A stretch of DNA of 64,000 nt, taken from the NCBI RefSeq assembly GCF_037042905.1, contig NC_087245.1, positions 22,570,001 through 22,634,000 on the forward strand. Direction: 5' to 3'. The notes under the pieces are model-generated. The model did no database searches. It was not told the origin of the DNA and saw only the letters and a list, made by a program, of their open reading frames with translations. The first letter of the stretch is position 1. Each line of letters begins with the position of its first letter. This document shows, piece by piece, positions 52,801 to 61,800 of the stretch. Both the position numbers and the translations under genes were made by a program. This stretch comes from Lytechinus pictus (lineage: Eukaryota).

Positions 52801-55800
52801 TTTTTGAAATGACAGCATAACTTAGAAAGTATATGGACCTAGTTCATGAAACTTGGCCATAAGGTTAATCAAGTATTACTGAACATCCTGCCTGAGTTTC
52901 ATGTCACATGACCATGGTCAATGGTCATTTAGGGTCAATGAACTTAGACCATGTTGGGGGAATCAACATCAAAATCTTAACCTAAGGTTAAGTTTTTGAA
53001 ATGTCATCATAACTTAGAAAATATATGGACCTAGTTCATGAAACTTATACATAAGGTTAATCAAGTATCACTGAACATCCTGCATGAGTTTCACGTCACA
53101 TGACCAAGGTCAATGGTCATTTAGGGTCAATGAACTTAGACCATGTTGGGGGAATCAACATCAAAATCTTAACCTAAGGTTAAGTTTTTGAAATGTCATC
53201 ATAACTTAGAAAATATATGGACCTAGTTCATGAAACTTATACATAAGGTTAATCAAGTATCACTGAACATCCTGCATGAGTTTCACGTCACATGACCAAG
53301 GTCAATGGTCATTTAGGGTCAATGAACTTTGGCCGAATTGGGGGTATCTGTAGATTTACCATCATAACTTTAAAAGTTTATGGATCTGATTCATGAAACT
53401 TGGACATAATAGTAATCAAGTATTACTGAACATCCTGTGCAAGTTTCAGGTCACATGATCAAGGTCAAAGGTCATTTAGGGTCAATGAACTTTGGTCAAA
53501 TTGGGGTATTTGTTGAATTACCGCCATAACTTTGAAAGTGTGTTGGTCTAGTTCATAAAACTTGGATATAAGAGTAATCAAGTATCACTGAACATCCTTT
53601 GCGCATTTTAGGTCACATGACCAAGGTCAAAGGTCAATGAACTTTGGCCATAATGGGGGTATCTGCTGAATTACCATCATAACTTGGAAAGTTGATGGAT
53701 CTTTCTCTTGAAACTTGGACATAAGAGTAATCAAGTATCACTGAACATCCTGTGCGAGTTTCAGGTCACATGATCAAGGTCAAAGGTCATGTAAGGTCAA
53801 TGAACTTTGGCCACGTTGGGGGTATTTGTTGAATTACCATCATATCTCTATAAGTGTATGGGTCTAGTTCATAAAACGTGGAAATAAGAGTAACCAAGTA
53901 TCACTGAACATCTCGTGCGAGTTATAGTAGTTTTCAAAATCAGCACTGCTGCTATATTGAATCGCGTGATGCAGGTGAGACGGCCAGAGGCATTCCACTT
54001 GTTTTCTTTGTGTAACAATGCAATTTAGGTATAGCATGTTGTGTGTAAAGAATGCAGTAAAATGCTCTGTTTCTTTAGACCAGGGGTTCTCAAACTGTTT
54101 CTTTGAAGGGCCAGATGAGACTCTAAGTAAACCTGAAAGGGACAGGGTGAAGTGGATACTTAGAAAAAAATGTGCGCGAAGCGCAAAAACCCTTGCGGTC
54201 GGGTCCTAGATGCTCTCTTGTGCAATCTGGCCCTTACTTTGGGAGCATTTAATCCAACAAATTTATAACAGTTTCATATGGAACGCAGGCAAAATTAGAA
54301 AAGATTTCAAAATACAGCGAGAGTCAATATTAATGATAACAAAATTGTAGTACTTAAAGGAATCTAGATTGTACCTATACATACCTGGTATTGGGGAGAC
54401 AGATAATGTCTTGAAGTATCAATATTTTTTGTAGTCAAAGTAGAATGAATAATAGAGCATGTCTGTTGTGTACTCTAACAAGGGTATCAGTTTCCTAATC
54501 ACTTTCAATATGGGGAAACGCGACAGTCTGTCAGCCACAAGTTGCTTGAACCTTGGCACAAAAGGTGTAATTGCCAGACAAAGGCACTGGTGCAAATGTT
54601 CACTGGTCAAGCAGGGGCCGCGGAAGCGGGGGGGGGGGGGGGGGATTTTTTCCATAACCATGTACAAAAACGTGAAAATGACCATATGATTGTGATTTTT
54701 TGCATGGCCAGCCCCCCCACTGTTTGAAAACCATTCCACAGCCCCTGTCAAGGTACTTCGGTATGAGTTAGTTCTTTAAAATGTTCATTGTGGAAAATGC
54801 ACTTTCGCACCTGTATGTAGATCCAAACATGGTGAGAACAGCGCTGGTCATCTAATAAGAAAGAAGATCGAAAAGAAAGAAAGACTCCACTAAACTTTGT
54901 TTAAAAGTCATATTATTTTGACTGCCATTACTTATATTACGGTTAGGTCTACATGGATACACAATGTAATCATACTGAGCTATGTTTCATATTGTGACTT
55001 AAAAGTGATTAAAAAAAAAACCCAGCAGAATCTCGCGGGCTGGATAGAGAAGCTCCGCGGGCCGGATCTGGCCTGCGGGCCGTAGTTTGAGAACCCCTAC
55101 TTTAGACGGTGCAAACTGGACACTTTGCACAGCTTGGCACTGATCTTAACAAATCCAACAATTCATGAAAACACATTGGTTGTTGGAAATTGTGCCTTAC
55201 ATTGCCAGATCATGAGAATTAAATTATGGAACTCTTTTTCAATCCTGTATTCTGTTAAACAAAACTATTTTCTCTGTTAAACAGAGGGTCCACCAAGCAA
55301 GTTCAGCATTGATATCCTGGATCCACCGTTCAGGGTAGATGTCCCTTTCAACATTCCTCTTCAGCTACAAGATGAGTTTAACTATCCAACCAAGCCAACA
55401 AACAGCCTCAAACCAATCCTTGAAGCAAGGTATACCAGTCGAGCTTTAGATACAAGTTAAAGGAACATATTATTCTAAACAAAGGATGAAAAAGAATGAT
55501 TAGATATTGATCCAGATGAGCACTGACAAGTTGCTTGGAATTGTGGAGGAATACCCAGAAAAATGTTAAATAGTTGTTGTCATAAGAGTTGAAGTGAAGG
55601 TAAAAGGTATAAAGCTAAACATTTCTAAGTCCAGACCTATTAATGAAATATTGGTGAGATTGGTTGATATTATTGAAAATTGTGATTGTAGATAAGAAAT
55701 ATAAAGATCAAAATGAAGATTTAAGTCATATTTTTTTGGCTTTCATCTTTAGTGGCCTTGCCATGAGCTATGAGAAAACTGAAATCAAGGGTATGTCTTT

Positions 55801-58800
55801 GATAGTGAAGGGAGTGAAGGCATCGGGAGATGTAGGATCAGCCCAGGGAAAGAACTTCAATCTAACATTGAAGATACCAGGACTGGAGATCCCAACACAG
55901 CAATTGAAGATCAGAATCTTGCCAGGTAAGAATAGGAATATCACATTGGTGAGTGAAAATTCACCCTACAATAATGTAGCATAATTACTCTGGCTTTAGC
56001 AGAGCAGCAGGAATAAATATAGAGAGCATGTGTAGCTAGGAATCAGTAGACTACTAATCATCTTTTATTATACAAATAATTCACAGAATTGAGTGTGTGA
56101 GTGGAAATGCAGTGCATGTAATGCATGTTAAAGTATGCATATGAATGAATTAAGTTAAGCCAACAAAACGTTGTGACTCTCTCTACAAGTTTCAATCTCT
56201 TTTTGAGACTACCGAACAATCGTCTACTTTATAGCATTGGACATATTCTTCATCTACACTGTTAATTAAATGCAACTTATACAGAAAAATCAGCATGAAC
56301 CATGAGTTTAACTGAGAGTTTACAAAGCCACCTTTGTGAATACAGGTCATCGCCTTTTTTTTTATTTGCACACTTTCTTTTGTCAGTATTTGCATCAGTC
56401 CTAATGACGTAAGTTGATTTTGTCATCTGGTGCATGTTTTCAGCTCCCCACTGAAAAAGTAGAATCGATATCAAACTGAATGTTTTCTTGTAAAACTACT
56501 GGAACTTGCAGGCATTCAAAATTGCAGTGCAAATTCTGGAGATTATCTTAGCAATTCTAGGATGATGTGAAATTTTGGTTGTTCCAATATCTCAAAGTGC
56601 AGTTTTCAAAGATTCATTTGATGCAGGAAATTCTTTGATAATATCGAATCCCTTTTCGTTTGGTGAAGATTTCAGATATCTTTTCAAGCTATGATGGAGA
56701 TTGAGATGTTGAGGCTTTTATAAAAAGCTTGCTTATTGCTGCTGCTGGGAACCATCCGGATGCTACCCAGAGCTTCCGTGTCAATTTTCTGCTTCCGAGC
56801 GCCCAGCCAGATGCTTTGAGAGCTTATATCAAGTTTTTCAGTAGAAATTTTTTTGAACCAATCATCAAAATAATCGCAAATTTCTTCCAAATAAGCATAA
56901 AGGCTCTGGCTGCTTTGAAATGGCTCTAATTGTATATTTAGACGTGGTAGATGTTAAATTCTCTGATATATTATGCCTGGAGTGGTGTTCAAATCCCCAT
57001 GAATTTTCTGCTGTGAGTGATATCTCTGTGATAGCCTAGGTATCGATAGCTTTCACGTAATAGGGCCCTCATATTCAGTGGTTGAAATCGTCACAAAGCA
57101 TGTGCACAACGATAAAAAAGCATGATAATACCTTGAAACAATGACAACAACATACTGGTTCATATCACCTGTTTGATCTTTTTTGAGCAAGTAAATTCGT
57201 TAAAATATGGGTTTGTCGTACAGTCAAATTGCCCAACAACATTACAGAATTCATGAAAGAAATGGCCCACTAAGAGATAAATGTAAATATTGTCATACAG
57301 TTCTCTCTTTCATTACACATATATTCACAAGCGTGACATTTGTTGATTTCTTTCATACATGAAATAGACCTGGAAATTATAATTTCAGTCTTGTCATTTC
57401 TCCCAGTTTCTCATCAGTTTCTCTCATTACAGAAACATAATTGCAGAAAACAACACAATGAAATGTGATGCCAGATGCACAGTTCTCTATACATTCGTGG
57501 ATGATGGCATAAAACATTCAAAATTATTATTTGTCATTCTAAAGCCCTAGGATTTGTATAATTAACGTTTTTTCACTTTGAAAGCTGCAGAATTCTTCCA
57601 ACTTGGCCAGCCTCAATTATGAATCAATAAGAAAACCACCAGAAGTGTTTGTGACACTCAATGCATTTTTTTACCATCTACTAATTCCCCTGACTGAATG
57701 TCCAAATGGCTGGTTCTTAACATGGACATTGTGGTACATTGTATGGACATGTCCCACAAGTCTGAAACCAACTTTCTATGGCAGGTATGCCGTTGAACTC
57801 TGCCTCCTGAGACATCTTACAATGAGATCATTTCAACATTAGATCATCTAATGTAGATGTAATCAGATTAGCTCACCAATCTGTTTTCTTGCGGTTCACT
57901 AAAGATAAGGCACGCTCAACTTTAGATGTTGACACATGAAAAACTTGAACAAGCTATATCAAGTGGAGGAAATTGGCAAAAGTCTTCTTTCCTTGGCAGG
58001 AAAAGTCTGCTCTACCGGGCATCTCTAGACTTCATCTCGTGACTAAGTGGTGACGGTGGATCATTTTTTAAAGTCACATCCATTCAAGATGATAAACATC
58101 TGTCTGTATTAACTTGCGGGATTGGTTTGAAGTGCTTGAGAAGCTCAGCAACTTCGATGTCTCCTTATTCTTTAAAGTCATTACCATTTTTGGACTTAGC
58201 GTAGGAATGGCAGAGGGAACTTTGTTGGTCATATGGCATCTATATCTCTCCTCTCAGCAGTGGATTAGTTGCTCAACAAGCTTTGAATCCACATCTCCAG
58301 GATCAGTTGAATCCCTAAGGTTATCACTGATGTAGCTCCTATCACTGCATGCCCTTTTGCACTGCAGTTATTTTCTTTAGAATATCACGAATATAGGTGT
58401 CATCTTTTTTAAAACAGAGGGATATCTGAGCAAGTTCATTCCTCATGTCCATGTACAAGGCAACATAAACCATGAATTTTAAGGTGGTGATTTCTTCCAC
58501 ATTCCTCCGGCCTTGGTTGCAATTTACCTGTCTTTCTCTTCTCTTATGATCGTATCTAAATGTGCTACCATTTCTGGATAGTTGGTCTCGAAGACTGGCA
58601 GTGCTCTCCTGTGATGGTCCACCCATCTTGTTCCATCGACCCTCTTTGGTCTCACTACTTTGCTGCAAATGATAAAAAGGTACATAAACATAATGACAAA
58701 TGAAATTATAATATAAGAAAAATTTGAAGTGTCTCTGCTTAAACGTCTTGACAAAGCATGATAGATTATTTCAAATCAGAAAAATGTCTTTTAAAAAAAA

Positions 58801-61800
58801 AATCAAAATATCACTGACAACTTAGGTTGGAGGTCTTGTTTTGGCTATTGAGTTTCATGATAATCAAATGACAGTGATGATAAAAATGATTGGAAAAATA
58901 TATTAGTATAACACATTTTTAAGAGGCCTATCTGAATTGACAATAGAGAATTACGAATTGGACAAAACTAATAAGTAGTACACCTGAAAGCAACCATCAT
59001 CCAGTAATACTTAACCCAGGAAATCACGTTTGAAGCAAACTGTTGGGCTCTTCAAGGTAGACATACCATAAGTAATGGTGTATTAACCGCACCTTTTTCT
59101 CGGCGGGATATAAGCAAAAGTCGGGGGTGCGGTTTATCCACGGTGACGGGTTTGAGCCCGCCCGCGTAACCCCTCCCGAACATGTAAGAAGTCTGCCAGT
59201 TCACAACACATCGAGTGGCCGGGCGTAGCCGCCCAGGGCAATGTCGTTTAGAGGGGTATGAGCCGCGGGTAATGGGAAGCGATTATTACGATCTTAATCA
59301 AATAGTGTCCATAACAAATGCACCTACCTTCATGACACTAATTTCGACTTTATTCTCGATTCAAAGCAGCGAAGTTCCCTGGCTAAGTTCAAAGAGACGC
59401 CAAGCATTCTCGGTAATAATTTGTCACAGCTGAGCAAGAGCCGAGAGCTAGCTTGCGTTGTATTGTGGTTTTAGTGCGACTTAAGCTGGTGCTATTCATT
59501 TTAAACCCTCAAAGTCCCGTTTCGCGCCAGCTTATTTTTTTCTTTCCTGTTTGGTTTTCATTTGATACCATGTACACCGTGCACCACGTATGAGAGAGAC
59601 GGCACGAAGCCGTAAAACAAGTGGAAAAAATGCCAATTTCTTTGTTTCTTGAATCTTCCTGTAATCCCGTATCCAAAATTCATGCTAAGCCATCGGATGC
59701 TAGACAAATTCTGATAGTGATTGTGAGGTTGTGATGCAAGAAATGTGAAAGACACAGTTCACAATTTGATAAGATGTACTGGTAGTGGTACCGTATCGAA
59801 GTTTGCAATGTACATGTACAAGAACGGCAATGCTGTGTGTGTGTACACTGTGACTGTGAGGTGAGTGAGTGTGTAAGTGGCCAATATTGTCGGGACCTTT
59901 CTTTCTTGCTAACATTTGTAGATGAATTGATCAAGAACAGCAGATTTCCGCATACCGGTAATCTCTTTGAATACTTTGAAATCTTTAACTTAGTTTTTGT
60001 CTCTTCGTACCTCAAATATGCATGTAAATGTGAGAAGGATTTTTTTTTTTTTTTTTTTTAGTCCAAAGTTGGGGGTGCGGTTAATACACCGTTACTTACG
60101 GTACACAATTTCATTTTTGAAGCTTCCACGATCAATGCTGGTATCAATCAAGATACTATTTTACCTTTACAAATTTTCATGTCAACGAACTTGATGCAGA
60201 CAATTGTTTCCAAATACTGAGTGAAATTCTATGCTCGAACATGGTTGGAATATGTCTTCCTCAAGTCCACTCCATTGCAACGTTCTTTTAGCTCAGTGAT
60301 GTTGGTGAAATAGCTGAATGGCTGCTCCTGTTTGTGAAAGTGGTAAGCAGTGTCAAAGCTTGATGAGGCAATAGGGTGCCTTGATGTCCATTTTCATGAC
60401 GAGCAGTCACCAGCAGTCACCTTTCACTCATTACAAATAGGGATTAAAATGTATGGGGGATGGGTGAGTGCTCGCACGTCCCAAGGCTCATCCTATTGAA
60501 ACCTGAATACATATGTACATAAAATGTGAAAGATGATGTAATTTGTAAATTCATATGAATTATAAGAAGTATTTATACAAATAATCTAGACGTTGAAATT
60601 CTTTCAGGCATTCCATTCATGGAACGAAATGGCACTTCAGTTCGTCTAGCCAAGCATCATGTTCGTATTGGTGATGATTTGCTTGTTCCTTATGGTTCCA
60701 TTATGGTTCCAGGAAGTCAGCTGACTGTCAATCCAATGCCATCATGCTCATGTGCTTTGTGGTCCTCCCTCTTCCACACTTTAATGGCCTGCCGATTTCG
60801 TTGAGAAACAAGGAGACACTTCAAATAGTGTTCCAGTAGTTAGCTGTACTGCTGGTAGCACCGGTCATGAGAAATTTTCATGCCTAGTTGTTATGGATTT
60901 CCAAGAGCGATATTAGAGCAAAGCAGAGCAAAATCGCCCGACATTGGGCTGTATGCATAAAGACAAGCAATTGCTTATAAGCAAATGCTTTAAGCAAAAG
61001 CAAGAGCTGGTCAAGCAAAAGGGCAAGTTCAAGCAATTGCTTAAATTCGTATGCACAAGCTTTTGCTTGTGCTGAAACCTTTTGCTTGCACTGCCTAAGC
61101 AATTGCTTATGTGTTGGACAAAGGATCGTTACGGTTGTGCGAACATCGCACAGTAGGACAACGACGCTTCGTTCCCGACCTGGCAGAAGTATTTGTTATT
61201 ACGCAAATAGGGGGAAAACAGCGCAGAGCATCAGGGGGGTTTCTGTGTAGATCGATGGAAAAAAATTGCCGTAAAAAGTCTAAAATAACAGGAATTTGAT
61301 TAGATATGAAATCACAACATAACCTCTGGAATATGGAGCTTGAAACGGTATGAAAATTTAATCCTTAAACGAGAATGCCATGAGTAAGCAAGAGCTCAAG
61401 CTGGTCTGGAGGTGCTTGAAAAAACGCAAGCAATTGCTTATCAAGACAAGTAAAAGGTTTGTTTTATGCATATGGTTTTAAGCAATTGCTTGATCTTTAA
61501 GCAATTGCTTGCGGACATCAAGCAATTGCTTGTGCTTGCTAGCAAAAGCATTTGCTTGCAAGCAATTGCTTATGTTTATGCATACGGATTCAAGTAAAAG
61601 GCTAGCACAAGCAATTGCTACTTTTTATGCATACGGCCCATTGATTAGGTATAGTAATTATTAAGGTGTTGGTGTTTGTTATGTTCCTCTCAGTACTCAT
61701 AGCGGTATTTATTTTATGCTGCTTTTGTTCTGTTCAAATTTAATAATGTCACCAATGTCTTTTCTTCTTTAGGTGAGCCACACAAGATCATTGTGCCAAC

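Noticed and set aside
56100..57300. Coding-like minus-strand fragments (e.g. [13 protein letters not shown])
   Set aside because: Broken by stops and I could not recognise a protein family; would need tBLASTx to assess.
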